This document shows positions 1 through 10,404 of a stretch of 64,000 nucleotides of DNA, piece by piece. Each line of letters opens with the position of its first letter. The stretch's first letter is position 1. Made by a program: the position numbers and the translations under genes. Source of the stretch: Patescibacteria group bacterium. GTDB taxonomy: Bacteria > Patescibacteriota > Patescibacteriia > Magasanikbacterales > GWA2-37-8. The notes under the pieces were generated by a model. The model did not search any database. It saw only the letters and a list, made by a program, of their open reading frames with translations, and was not told the origin of the DNA. Location: positions 1,010 through 65,009 of the forward strand of contig JBAZKA010000004.1 of assembly GCA_041651015.1 (NCBI GenBank), written 5' to 3'.

Positions 1-3000
1 AAGCTCCATTTCCTATTGCAGTTGCGTAATTATGGCTCACCAGTGCAGCATATCCAACTGCAGTACCACCAGTGACGGTTCCGCTTATGTCGGACTCCGA
101 ACCAAGCATTGTATTGTAACTGCCCCCGCTTCCCTGCGCGCCGGCATTATAACCAATGGCAGTATTATTTGAATCTCCATCAAAATATCTCAAGGTATAA
201 ACTCCAATGCCAACATTATTACTACCGGTGACACTCGAGCCTAAAGCGATATAACCCACGCCAACATTATTATTTCCGGTTGTATTATAACGGACGGCAT
301 CGTTACCAACACCAACATTATAATCGCCGGTTGTATTGTCGTGCAACGCCTGATAACCTTGCGCTACGTTGCCAAATCCCGCCGTATTATCGTACAACGC
401 CTCATACCCTACGGCCGTGTTGGAGGATACAGTGTTGTTATAAAGGGATCCGTAGCCAATAGCCGTATTGGCTAAAGATGTGGTACTGATCCGTAACGCA
501 TTGACACCTAAGGCTGTATTATAAGAACCGGTAATATTTTGATATAAGGCAGTCAGGCCGATTGCCGTATTATTTCCGCCTGTCGTGTTGTTATATAATG
601 CATCATAAGCAAGAGCGGTATTATATGCACCCGTGGTATTATTATAAAGAGCCTGATAACCGATTGCCGAATTATACATGCCCGAGGTGTTATTAAATAA
701 CGCTTGATATCCCATAGCAGAATCATACATCCCCGTACCAATTGCTGTAGTACTACCCATCGCCTGATAGCCAAAAGCGGAGTTTCTATAACCAGTAGTA
801 TTTGAATACATCGCCTGATAACCTTGGGCTGTATTCATCACGCCCGTCGTATTACTATATAACGCCTCATAACCAACCGCGGTGTTGGAGGACGCGGTGT
901 TATAGCGAAGAGAATTATAACCTAAGGCGATATTGGCGTTTGAAGAAGTGGCATCATACAAAGAATAATAACCCAAAGCAACATTGCCGTTGCCGATCTG
1001 GTTGCCTTTCAACGCGCCACGACCAATACCGGTGTTGTATGAACCGAGGGTATTATCAAGCATTGCTCCGCGACCCATGGCGGTATTGTTACTACCACTG
1101 CTATTTACATACAAAGCGCCATAACCCACTGCGGTATTGTCATCACTGGAAGTGGCGGTAGCGAGAGCACCAACACCCACGGCAGTATTAAAGCTACCGG
1201 TTTGGTTTAAACTAATGGCGCCGGCGCCCAGGGCTGTGTTGTAATTACCGGTGGTATTGGCATAGAGGGCATTAATGCCATACGCTGAATTGTAACCGCC
1301 GGTTTGGTTTGCATAAAGGGATAGGTAGCCCATGGCAATGTTTCCCACACCCGTCGTATTACTATACAACGCTTGATAGCCTACCGCGGTATTGGAGGCG
1401 ACAATGTTGTTATAAAGCGCCTGGTATCCGATACCGACATTGGCATCACTGGTAGTGTTGGAATACAGAGAATAAGAACCAATGCCAACATTATAATTAC
1501 CCGTAATGTTATCATAGAGGGCGCTATCACCACTAGCGACATTGTAACTGCCGGTTGTATTATTTCTAAGGGGGGCACGACCAATGGCAACATTGCGATC
1601 GCCTGTGGTGTTATAGCGGAGAGAATGCCAACCGCTGGCAATGTTAAAATCGCCGGTGGTATTATCATGCAAAGCATAATAACCATTGGCGACATTATAA
1701 TTACTTGTATTGTTTGCTGTGGTACTGCCCATGGCCATATAACCATTGGCGATGTTGCCAGCACCGGTGGTATTGCTATATAAAGCCTGATAACCAGAGG
1801 CAACGTTGGCATATCCGGTGGTGTTGTTGTATAAAGCCAAAGAACCATTGGCGATGTTGCCATATCCGGTGGAGTTACTATATAGCGCCTGATAACCGGA
1901 GGCGGTGTTACTTGCACCGGTCATGGTCAAATTGCCGGCATTGCCAAAATAATAATTGTTTAAACTGGTGGACGCATAAGCCAAATTCACGCCGTTGTAT
2001 TTGTAATAATTATCAGCGGTGACACTGATGCTGCCATCAACAACTAATTTTTCATTTGGTGTGGTGGTGCCGATGCCGACGTTGCCGGACACGGCAACAG
2101 CAAGGTAATCCGTACCACCAAAGCCACCACTATCAATTTTAAAAGCGTAATTATCATCGGCGTCTATACCGGTTGCGAATGATTGGCTCGCCGGCCTGTT
2201 GTAATAAAGAATCTCAGCATGACCACTCGCATTATCTTGCCGTAGATATACCATTGGCGCTCCATTGCTCGCATCGTTCTCATACACCCCGAAGTCGGTT
2301 TCCGTGGCGCCAGATGCTGAAGAAGTGCCAACATGGATACCATTCAAAAACGCGGATTTGCCTGATGACATAATTCTTGTCGGCGGAGAGTTGGGGTCAG
2401 AGGCGCTTGTACCAAGAGCGATGAAGCCAATATAATTTCCACTATTATTTAAATTGCCGATAAACGCGGTTTGCGTAGCACCGGCAAACAAAGAAATGCC
2501 GTTTATAGATGAAACCGAGGCTGAAACGTCAATCGCCAATCTGACTGAGGGAGTAGAAGTGCCAATCCCCAGCCGATTATTTGTATCATCCCAAAAGAAA
2601 TTGGAATTGTCTTGCGTTAATTTTCCACTGGATGATGCAAAGACCACTGAGCCGACGGTCAGGCCGCCCGTATCGGTTGCTAAAATTCCCAGCGACGAAG
2701 TGGATACCCAATTCGGCGCAGATGCGCCGTTTGATTGCAAAACGTATCCTAATGTACCGGCATTGCCATTAGTTCGTAATGCGCCGGACAAATTCATGTC
2801 GCCGGAAATTGATAACGGATATGATGGCGTGGTGGTATTGATACCAACATTGCCACCGAGAAGAGCGATGGTATTATTTTGAGAGATAGTTTTTGATGTG
2901 GAAGAAACATTTACACCAAAAGAATTATTACCATTGACGGTCAAATTTTGCCCGAACGCGGCGCTGTTGCTGCCGCCGGCAACAGTTAAATTACCAAATG

Positions 3001-6000
3001 CAACGCTATAAGTCCCGCTCGCGTATGTGCCATAACCAAAAGCCGCACTGGCTTCGCCGCTGGCTGTCACACCATTTCCAAAAACCGCGCCATATTGTCC
3101 ACTCACGATATTCCCCCAACCACCGCCGGCAAAACCGGCGGAAACATTAACAGTATTATAACCGCCGCCGGCGACAAAAGAGTAAAAGCCACTAGCTTTG
3201 TTTGCCCAACCAGCGGCAAAAGCATCGGTGCCGCTGTAAACTTCATTATTATAACCAAAAGCGGCCCCGCGGGTGCTGGACACAATATTCCCCTCGCCAA
3301 AAGCAACACCGTTCGTACCAGGAACGTTATTTTCATAGCCAAAAGCGCTGGAATAGTTTCCATTGACAGTATTATTTTCACCAAATATAACTGTGGCTCG
3401 ACCCGCGAGATTATTGCCGGCACCACCGACCACACTGGCAAAGGCGGTACTGGACACATTATTATTGGAACCAAAAACCGCGGAATAATCAGCGCCATAA
3501 CTTGTGGATGCGGCAACATCATTACCAGTACCAGAAACTAATGCACCGGTGGAATATACATTGTTAAGGACGCCAAAAACCGTATCGCCCCACCCGGACT
3601 CTGTATTCCCTTCGCCGGCGACAAAAGAATATGTGCCAAACACAAAGTTGTCGGCACCAAACGCCGCTGAATACTCGCCGATATTTGCATCATCCCAGTC
3701 GTCTCCGGTGACAGTCCCTGCTCTAAACGCCGATTTCTCGGGATACCACATCATCCTTGTGCCCGCGCCCTCAACTTGAAGCGCGTTGCCGTCGTCGAAT
3801 GTACCAGCGGCGACGATTGCGCCGGTTCCACCGACATAAAGTTGCGCTAAAGGATTTGTGCTATCAATACCAATTTCACCGTCGTCATCCATAAATAAAA
3901 TTCCCGTACCGGTGCTGTTAAAAATCCCAAAAGAATCATCACTGTTGATATTTAAATCAACGTAATTATTTGTATCATAGCCCATCCTCATAGCCTTGCC
4001 TGATTCATACAACGAAGTCGGGGTCATGATCGGCGAAGTCAACCAGTTATCACCGTTGTTGTCAGTATAAGCATTTGTGGCGACATCTTTGTAAACATTA
4101 TAACTAAAAGGGTTGGAGGTATCATATTTTAATACACGATAACCGGTCGCCCCGTCCACCGCATCCCATGTCCACTCAAGCCTGTAGAGGTTTGACGAAC
4201 CGTTGTCGGTCCAATTACTGGAAAGATTATCGTATGACGATGAGTAAACTCTGCCTGCTGTCGTGTCCTTGAAGGCATAAACGCGCAAGTTGTGCGAATA
4301 ACTATTCGCCGTATAATACTGCTTTGAGGCATACACCGCACTGACTTGCACATTTGATGGAGTACCGACAGTAATCAACGCACCAGCCCCGGTTACTACC
4401 TGAATTTTACCGGCCGGCGTGGTGGTGCCCACGCCGATTGAACCACCATTAAAAATTCCATTGCCGCTGATTCTAAATCCGGCCACTTGATCAGCGCTTG
4501 TTTGATTTTGAATATAATTATTTGAACCCGATGAAGAAGCAAAACCGAGTGACGAAGTGGATACCCATGCCGGCGCAGATGTTCCGTTTGACTGTAAAAT
4601 ATGTCCGGCTGTGCCGGCGTTGCCGTTGATCCGTAATGCGCCAGACAAATTCATGTCGCCGGATACGGTCAAAGGAAAACTGGGAGTGGTCGTGCCCACG
4701 CCAACATTGCCCCCAAGAAGAGCAATCGTGTTTGGTTGCGAAATTATTTGCGCAGTGGAAGATACATTGACGCCAAACGAACCTTCTCCGCTCACAGTTA
4801 AATATTGCCCGAAAGCCGTCGTATAATTACCAGATACTTCGTTGTATATACCGCCGCCCACAAATGAATAATAACCAGTTGAGGTGTTGTACATGCCACC
4901 TCCAATAAAACTGGAGATACCATCATTATAATTAGACTCGCCACCTCCGATAAAACCACTGATACCACTATTAGTATTGTTTTCACCGCCGCCGATAAAA
5001 GCATTGGTATTTTGTACCTGATTATATGAACCGCCAACTACGGCGGCATACCGGGCGCTTGATGTATTGTATCGGCCTCCACCGATAAAAGACGCGTCAT
5101 TTGTTGTTACATTGCGGAAACCACCGCCGATAAAACCATAATCATGACTGGAGGTGTTGTACATTCCGCCACCGACAAATGAATACAAACCCGAAGCGGT
5201 GTTATACACACCACCGATTACCGCAGAGAATTGAGCGGAGGCATTCGCATACGCACCTATAGCTACAGTGCCTGTCGCCGAGGCAGTACTACCGCCGACC
5301 ATCGCCACTGAATATGATCCGACATTCGCGTCATCCCATTCGTTCCCCATGGCGATTCCGGCTCTAAACGCCGCCTTACGTGGATACCAAATCATACGGG
5401 TGCCGGCACCGGATGATGACAAGGTCGCACCCGAACCAAAAGTTCCATGCGCGATAATACCGCCGTCGCCACCGATGGTAAGCTTGAATTCCGAAGTTGT
5501 TGTTCCGATAGTCGTGGTGCTCATCGTACCGATGCCTCCAATTCTAAATCCGGCCACTTGATCAGCGCTTGTTTGATTTTGAATATAATTATTTGAACCC
5601 GATGAAGAAGCAAAACCGAGTGACGAAGTGGATACCCATGCCGGCGCAGATGTTCCGTTTGACTGTAAAATATGTCCGGCTGTGCCGGCGTTGCCGTTGA
5701 TCCGTAATGCGCCAGACAAATTCATGTCGCCGGAAATTGATAACGGATATGATGGCGTGGTGGTATTGATGCCGACATTTCCGCCGAGAAAAGCAATGAC
5801 ATTATTTTGCGATAAAACCGCGGCAGTGGAAGAAGCATTTACACCGAAAGAATAGGCGCCTGAAACGGTAAGATTACGGCCAAAAGCAGTAGAAACCCAT
5901 CCGCTGGAGGTATTTGACCAACCGAAAACAGTCGAATACGTATCCCCTGCTACATTATGATTACCAAAAGCCGTAGCACCAATGCCACTGGCTATATTTT

Positions 6001-7498
6001 CCTGGCCAAAAACGGTAGCGCCTTGCTGACTTGCAATATTGTAACCACCAAAAGCAGATGAATAGAGACCGCTGGCAATATTTCGTGTTCCCAAGGCCGT
6101 AGCGTATTGACCGCTTGATGTATTGTAGTTACCAATAGCAGTAGCGCCTCGGGCATTGGCGATATTATCGCCGCCTAAGGCAGTCGCATAATAGCTGCTA
6201 GCAGTATTACCGTAGCCCATTGATATTGTATAGTCGCTACTAGCAATATTACCACTTCCGACCGCGAACGATCCTTCTCCGGATGCAGTATTATTTGCGC
6301 CCATGGCGATTGATCCCAAGCCGCTAGCCATGGTATTTAGGCCACTCGCAAAAGACCATCCACCAATATTCGCGTCATCCCATTGGTCAGCCCCCGATCC
6401 CATATCATAGGTGGTGCCAGCTCTGAAGGCACCTTTCCGTGGATACCAAATCATGCGCGTGCCCGTACCAGTGGTAGCAAGCACTTGGCCCTGCGGATCG
6501 AGCACCGGAGTACCCACACCACGCGCGATAATACCGCCGTCGCCACCGATGGTAAGCTTGAATTCCGAAGTCGTTGTTCCGATAGTCGTGGTACTCATCG
6601 TACCGATGCCTCCAATTCTAAAATTCGCGGCTTGATCTACTGAATTTTGATTTTGGATAAAATTGCCGGAAGTGGAAGTGACATACCCGGCATCGTTATT
6701 TAGCAGAGAAACGTTTTCTCCCTCAATCATCACATTGCTCGCGAGCGAAGTTGAAGCAATAGTCGTAGTCGCCATCCACGTGCCGCCGTTCAAATATGCA
6801 AATCCGGTCCAACCTGATGAATCAGCGCCCGTGCCGCCGCGCAAAGTGGAAATGAGCGAACCGTTCCAAGTACCGGAAGCGACATTGCCAAAATAAGAAT
6901 TGCCAAAGACGCTAAGAAACCCGGAAACAGTAGCGCCCGTGGAAGTGACATTATTGAAATTAAAATTTCCCGACGCATCAGAGACCGGAATATAAGTCGT
7001 GCTGGTGTTTGTGTTCGGTGCGACTCCCTCCAAATATTTTGAATTAAACGCGTATGGCGTAGCCGTCATTTTTTTTCTCGGTGTTAGCGTCTCGGCGCCG
7101 ATTCTCACTTCCAAATATACATCAGAATAATTTTTAAAAATATTTGCATCCAAAGCATTGGTGCCGGATTCGCCAAAATTAATTGTAAATAATCCTTGAA
7201 TCGGAGTGATACCAACATAGCTCGGGACGCCAACTGTACCGCTCGCTGAATAAAGAGCTGTACCGCCGGTTAAGGAATCATACAAAATAAAATACATCTG
7301 TTGGGTGGTGCTGGCCGACGAACCATTTACCAATAATTTTCCTTGATACGAAATCGTGGATGGTGCGCTGGCTGACTTGGCTTGAAAAGCCGGCGACAAC
7401 AAAATTAAAATAGCGACAAAAATAGTCGCCGATATACTTAAAAAATTCGGGAATTTGCTCCGATTTACTGAATTTTCTTTCGCCGACTCTGTGTTCAT
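1..7498 (-). CDS. Giant secreted adhesin / tail-fibre-like beta-roll repeat protein (>=2499 aa, 3' end outside window)
   Basis: Manual translation from ATG at 7498: MNTESAKEN...ISATIFVAILILLSPAFQAKSA (signal peptide), then ISYQGKL, YadA-head-like repeats, GNVGIGTTTP motifs and 14-aa NTAVGYQALYSNTTG repeats. Frame is consistent at 5381, 3734, 2075 and 2. Probably missing from the ORF track because there is no stop inside the window. Confidence 0.9.
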   Translation of the reverse strand, partial: MNTESAKENSVNRSKFPNFLSISATIFVAILILLSPAFQAKSASAPSTISYQGKLLVNGSSASTTQQMYFILYDSLTGGTALYSASGTVGVPSYVGITPIQGLFTINFGESGTNALDANIFKNYSDVYLEVRIGAETLTPRKKMTATPYAFNSKYLEGVAPNTNTSTTYIPVSDASGNFNFNNVTSTGATVSGFLSVFGNSYFGNVASGTWNGSLISTLRGGTGADSSGWTGFAYLNGGTWMATTTIASTSLASNVMIEGENVSLLNNDAGYVTSTSGNFIQNQNSVDQAANFRIGGIGTMSTTTIGTTTSEFKLTIGGDGGIIARGVGTPVLDPQGQVLATTGTGTRMIWYPRKGAFRAGTTYDMGSGADQWDDANIGGWSFASGLNTMASGLGSIAMGANNTASGEGSFAVGSGNIASSDYTISMGYGNTASSYYATALGGDNIANARGATAIGNYNTSSGQYATALGTRNIASGLYSSAFGGYNIASQQGATVFGQENIASGIGATAFGNHNVAGDTYSTVFGWSNTSSGWVSTAFGRNLTVSGAYSFGVNASSTAAVLSQNNVIAFLGGNVGINTTTPSYPLSISGDMNLSGALRINGNAGTAGHILQSNGTSAPAWVSTSSLGFASSSGSNNYIQNQTSADQVAGFRIGGIGTMSTTTIGTTTSEFKLTIGGDGGIIAHGTFGSGATLSSSGAGTRMIWYPRKAAFRAGIAMGNEWDDANVGSYSVAMVGGSTASATGTVAIGAYANASAQFSAVIGGVYNTASGLYSFVGGGMYNTSSHDYGFIGGGFRNVTTNDASFIGGGRYNTSSARYAAVVGGSYNQVQNTNAFIGGGENNTNSGISGFIGGGESNYNDGISSFIGGGMYNTSTGYYSFVGGGIYNEVSGNYTTAFGQYLTVSGEGSFGVNVSSTAQIISQPNTIALLGGNVGVGTTTPSFPLTVSGDMNLSGALRINGNAGTAGHILQSNGTSAPAWVSTSSLGFASSSGSNNYIQNQTSADQVAGFRISGNGIFNGGSIGVGTTTPAGKIQVVTGAGALITVGTPSNVQVSAVYASKQYYTANSYSHNLRVYAFKDTTAGRVYSSSYDNLSSNWTDNGSSNLYRLEWTWDAVDGATGYRVLKYDTSNPFSYNVYKDVATNAYTDNNGDNWLTSPIMTPTSLYESGKAMRMGYDTNNYVDLNINSDDSFGIFNSTGTGILFMDDDGEIGIDSTNPLAQLYVGGTGAIVAAGTFDDGNALQVEGAGTRMMWYPEKSAFRAGTVTGDDWDDANIGEYSAAFGADNFVFGTYSFVAGEGNTESGWGDTVFGVLNNVYSTGALVSGTGNDVAASTSYGADYSAVFGSNNNVSSTAFASVVGGAGNNLAGRATVIFGENNTVNGNYSSAFGYENNVPGTNGVAFGEGNIVSSTRGAAFGYNNEVYSGTDAFAAGWANKASGFYSFVAGGGYNTVNVSAGFAGGGWGNIVSGQYGAVFGNGVTASGEASAAFGYGTYASGTYSVAFGNLTVAGGSNSAAFGQNLTVNGNNSFGVNVSSTSKTISQNNTIALLGGNVGINTTTPSYPLSISGDMNLSGALRTNGNAGTLGYVLQSNGASAPNWVSTSSLGILATDTGGLTVGSVVFASSSGKLTQDNSNFFWDDTNNRLGIGTSTPSVRLAIDVSASVSSINGISLFAGATQTAFIGNLNNSGNYIGFIALGTSASDPNSPPTRIMSSGKSAFLNGIHVGTSSASGATETDFGVYENDASNGAPMVYLRQDNASGHAEILYYNRPASQSFATGIDADDNYAFKIDSGGFGGTDYLAVAVSGNVGIGTTTPNEKLVVDGSISVTADNYYKYNGVNLAYASTSLNNYYFGNAGNLTMTGASNTASGYQALYSNSTGYGNIANGSLALYNNTTGYANVASGYQALYSNTTGAGNIANGYMAMGSTTANNTSNYNVANGYYALHDNTTGDFNIASGWHSLRYNTTGDRNVAIGRAPLRNNTTGSYNVASGDSALYDNITGNYNVGIGSYSLYSNTTSDANVGIGYQALYNNIVASNTAVGYQALYSNTTGVGNIAMGYLSLYANQTGGYNSAYGINALYANTTGNYNTALGAGAISLNQTGSFNTAVGVGALATATSSDDNTAVGYGALYVNSSGSNNTAMGRGAMLDNTLGSYNTGIGRGALKGNQIGNGNVALGYYSLYDATSSNANIALGYNSLRYNTASSNTAVGYEALYSNTTGVMNTAQGYQAMYSNTTGYRNSAFGYQAMGSTTAIGTGMYDSAMGYQALFNNTSGMYNSAIGYQALYNNTTGAYNTALAYDALYNNTTGGNNTAIGLTALYQNITGSYNTALGVNALRISTTSLANTAIGYGSLYNNTVSSNTAVGYEALYDNTAGFGNVAQGYQALHDNTTGDYNVGVGNDAVRYNTTGNNNVGVGYIALGSSVTGSNNVGIGVYTLRYFDGDSNNTAIGYNAGAQGSGGSYNTMLGSESDISGTVTGGTAVGYAALVSHNYATAIGNGA
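4470..4663. repeat. 194-bp direct repeat, copy A, inside giant adhesin
   Basis: Identical by eye to 5541-5734. Confidence 0.9.
5541..5734. repeat. 194-bp direct repeat, copy B, inside giant adhesin
   Basis: Identical by eye to 4470-4663. Confidence 0.9.
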
Positions 7499-7568
7499 AA
7501 GTCGGTTAATTTCAAGACATCTATATTATAGCATTTTTTACGCCTCAAAAGAATGTTTTTTTGCGAAG

Positions 7569-7577
7569 TTATCCACA
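7569..7577. promoter_or_regulatory. Consensus DnaA box upstream of adhesin promoter
   Basis: TTATCCACA; a minus-strand extended -10 (TGCTATAAT) lies at about 7525-7533. Confidence 0.5.
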
Positions 7578-7581
7578 GAAA

Positions 7582-7693
7582 TAGTTCATAAAGTTATAAA
7601 GTTTTTAAAGTTTGTAAAGTAAAAAATCTCCCGTTTCCACGGAAGACTTTTGTCTGCTTTATAACTTTATGAACTTTATAACTTTATGAACTA
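7582..7693. repeat. Inverted repeat built of AACTTTAT-type units
   Basis: Perfect 22-bp arms tagttcataaagttataaagtt / aactttataactttatgaacta; right arm overlaps the trxA stop. Confidence 0.85.
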
Positions 7694-8010
7694 AGACATC
7701 GGTCAATCATCTCCATTAATTTTTCCTTCTGCAATCCCCCGTTTAATGTATCAACCGGCGCGCCATTCTTAAAAACAATAAATGTCGGCACGCTCATCAC
7801 TTCCCACTTGCCCGCCACCTCCATATTTTCATCCACGTTTAATTTTCCAATTTTAATATTCTTGCCTTCATAATCCTTGGCCAGCTCATCCACAATCGGA
7901 CCCATCATCTGACACGGCCCGCACCACGGCGCCCAAAAATCCACCAAGACCGGCACGTCGGATTTCAAAACTTCGGCTTCAAAATTAGAATCAGTAAAAA
8001 CTTTTTCCAT
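7684..8010 (-). CDS. trxA: Thioredoxin
   Basis: VDFWAPWCGPC motif, 108 aa. Confidence 0.97.
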   Translation of the reverse strand: MEKVFTDSNFEAEVLKSDVPVLVDFWAPWCGPCQMMGPIVDELAKDYEGKNIKIGKLNVDENMEVAGKWEVMSVPTFIVFKNGAPVDTLNGGLQKEKLMEMIDRCLSS

Positions 8011-8022
8011 AAGTAAATAATT

Positions 8023-8107
8023 ATGTACGAAATACGAAAGCTACGAAACTTACAAAAATGTTTTCATTACACGTTCGTATATTTCGCAGTTTTCGTATTT
8101 CGTACAT
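8023..8107. mobile_element. Gene-less miniature inverted-repeat element (TACGAAA family)
   Basis: Arms atgtacgaaatacgaaagctacgaaa... and ...tttcgtatttcgtacat; first 26 bp identical to 44930-44955. Confidence 0.75.
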
Positions 8108-10125
8108 TAACTTAAAACTAATTTTTTTTCTTTTTTCTCTTCTTTGTACGCTTCCAAAACATCGCCAACTTCCACATGCAACTTACCCTCATACTGCATA
8201 CCGCATTCGGTTCCTTCCGGCACTTCGTTCACATCCTGTTTGCTCATTTGTAATTTAAAAATTTTACCCGCACCAATTACCTCGCCGGCGCGTTTTACGC
8301 GAACCTTAGCGTCTTTTTGCAATTTTCCCTTTTCGGCCCGGCCGCCCAAAATCATTAAATTTTTCTCGGTGCGGAAAATCGCCATGACTTTAAAATTACC
8401 CAGCTCGGTGACAATCACTTCAGGATTCAAAAGTTTTTCCAATTCGTCTTTAACAAAATTTAATAAGTCGTAAATAATTTTGTATGGTTTAAAATTTACA
8501 CCGCGCGTCACAATCATTTCACTGGCGATGGAAGTCGGCGAAACGTTGAAGCCAAACAAAATTCCTTTGGTCGTTTCCGCGAGAGCCACATCATCCGGGC
8601 TGACATTACCCAAACCCTTGCCTACGACTTTGACCGACACTTCATCATTTTTTAATTTTTCCAGTGAGCCGATAATCGCTTCCAATGAACCGAGAGTATC
8701 GGCTTTCACCACCACATTCAAATATTTTTTCGGTTCATCGGGATTATCATTATTGGTTGAAGAAACCGGGCGTTGCTCAGCGCCGGATTGTTGCGTGCGT
8801 TTGGATTTCAGGTCAATTTGCGTTGCGCTGCCCGCTCCGCCCACGTCCAACACATCGCCGACTTGCGGAGCGACTTTGAAACCCAAAATTCTGATTGGTG
8901 AACTCGGTCCGGCTTCGGTCAAATTTTCTCCGCGATAATTTTTCATGGCCCGGACTTTGCCGTAAATTTCTCCGTTTACCACCAAGGCATCGTTTAATTT
9001 TAGAGTACCGGTCTGCACCAAAATCGTGGCCACCGGGCCTTCACCCTTGTCCACGTGCGCTTCAATCACCGTGCCCGCGGCCGCGCGATTAGGCTCGGCT
9101 TTGATGTCGGCTTCGTGCATATCAGCGAGCAAAAGCAAAGTATCCAATAGTTTATCAATATGTAAATTCTGTTTGGCGGAAATTTCCACCATTGGCACTT
9201 CTCCGCCCCATTCATCGGAAATAATTCCGTGCTGGGAAAGTTCGGTGCGCACACGCATGGCATCAGCGCCTTCTTTGTCAATTTTATTTATAGCCACGAT
9301 CACCGGCAATTTAGCCGCTTTGATAATATTGATCGCCTCCACGGTCTGCGGTTTCACGCCATCATCAGCTGCCACCACCAGGATGGCGATGTCCGCCACT
9401 TTGGCGCCTCGGCTGCGCATAACGGTAAAGGCCTCGTGGCCCGGAGTATCAATAAAAGTAATGGCGCGTTTTTCTTTGTTCTTCGGATCAGTCCAAATAG
9501 TTTGGTACGCGCCGATGTGCTGAGTAATACCACCGGCTTCGGTGTCAATAATATTTGCGTTTCTAACCGCATCCAATAATTTTGTCTTGCCATGGTCAAC
9601 GTGGCCCATGACTATGATGACCGGCGCGCGCATGGTGGTTTTTTCCGAAAGAATTTTTTCCAAATTTTGTGTGTGGGTTTGGTCTGTGTTTTGCGGAGCG
9701 GCTCCCTCGGCAATCGCCTCCACGGTAAAGCCCAAATCCTCGGCAATAATCGCGGCCGTGTCTCGATCCAGAAATTCATTCATGGAAACAAGAATGCCGT
9801 TTTTCATCAATTCCACAATTAATTTATTGAGCGGAACATTCAAAACATTGGATAAATCTTTGACCGTGATACGCCCGGGAATTTTAACCGTCGCCCCGCT
9901 CTGACGGCGAGCTTCTTTTTCCAGTTCTTTTTGTTTTTCCCGTTCCTTTTTTTCCCGATCTTCCAAGACGAATTTTATCCGGCGCCATTCGCGTTGAATT
10001 TGCTGAGCCACACGGTCATCAATCTTTACGGCGCGGGCGCCAAAATCAAAACCAAACTCGGGCAATATTTGCAGAAGTTTTTGCGGGTGGACTCGGAGCT
10101 GGCGGGCAAGGTCGGTGACGTTCAT
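8107..10125 (-). CDS. infB: Translation initiation factor IF-2
   Basis: GHVDHGKT, GGITQHIGAY, DTPGHEAF and NKID motifs. Confidence 0.98.
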   Translation of the reverse strand: MNVTDLARQLRVHPQKLLQILPEFGFDFGARAVKIDDRVAQQIQREWRRIKFVLEDREKKEREKQKELEKEARRQSGATVKIPGRITVKDLSNVLNVPLNKLIVELMKNGILVSMNEFLDRDTAAIIAEDLGFTVEAIAEGAAPQNTDQTHTQNLEKILSEKTTMRAPVIIVMGHVDHGKTKLLDAVRNANIIDTEAGGITQHIGAYQTIWTDPKNKEKRAITFIDTPGHEAFTVMRSRGAKVADIAILVVAADDGVKPQTVEAINIIKAAKLPVIVAINKIDKEGADAMRVRTELSQHGIISDEWGGEVPMVEISAKQNLHIDKLLDTLLLLADMHEADIKAEPNRAAAGTVIEAHVDKGEGPVATILVQTGTLKLNDALVVNGEIYGKVRAMKNYRGENLTEAGPSSPIRILGFKVAPQVGDVLDVGGAGSATQIDLKSKRTQQSGAEQRPVSSTNNDNPDEPKKYLNVVVKADTLGSLEAIIGSLEKLKNDEVSVKVVGKGLGNVSPDDVALAETTKGILFGFNVSPTSIASEMIVTRGVNFKPYKIIYDLLNFVKDELEKLLNPEVIVTELGNFKVMAIFRTEKNLMILGGRAEKGKLQKDAKVRVKRAGEVIGAGKIFKLQMSKQDVNEVPEGTECGMQYEGKLHVEVGDVLEAYKEEKKEKKLVLS

Positions 10126-10226
10126 TGGGTATTTTTACATAAATAATATCTGAAATTATAAGTGATTTTGCGAGAAAAGTCAAATATTGAATGAAATATA
10201 ACCCCCGGCTTAATTGTATTATCGTG

Positions 10227-10255
10227 TTGACAGCAAATTTCAGATGTTTTATAAT
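10227..10255 (+). promoter_or_regulatory. Sigma70 promoter
   Basis: TTGACA-17 nt-TATAAT, perfect consensus. Confidence 0.75.
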
Positions 10256-10404
10256 GTGTGCAACTTGCTATTTTTAGCAAATTTGCAAATGAAAATCTTG
10301 AATTTCACGCCCCGGGCGTGTTTTGATTTTAAAGCGTTCTTTCTTAATTAACGGACGAATATCAACAACCGCAACTTGGTTGCGTCAACTGAAGGAGCGA
10401 AGCT

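Noticed and set aside
1-1920. Roughly 42-bp periodic repeats as a CRISPR array
   Set aside because: Degenerate coding repeats (14 aa) with no constant repeat/unique spacer pattern and no cas genes
4470-5734. Repeat pair as a DGR template/variable region
   Set aside because: The copies are identical with no adenine-specific mismatches, both are in frame in one gene, and no reverse transcriptase is in the window
280-6978. Many short ORFs in the track across 0.3-7 kb
   Set aside because: Shadow frames of the single giant minus-strand adhesin ORF
7569-7693. Replication origin
   Set aside because: Only one perfect DnaA box and no dnaA or dnaN nearby
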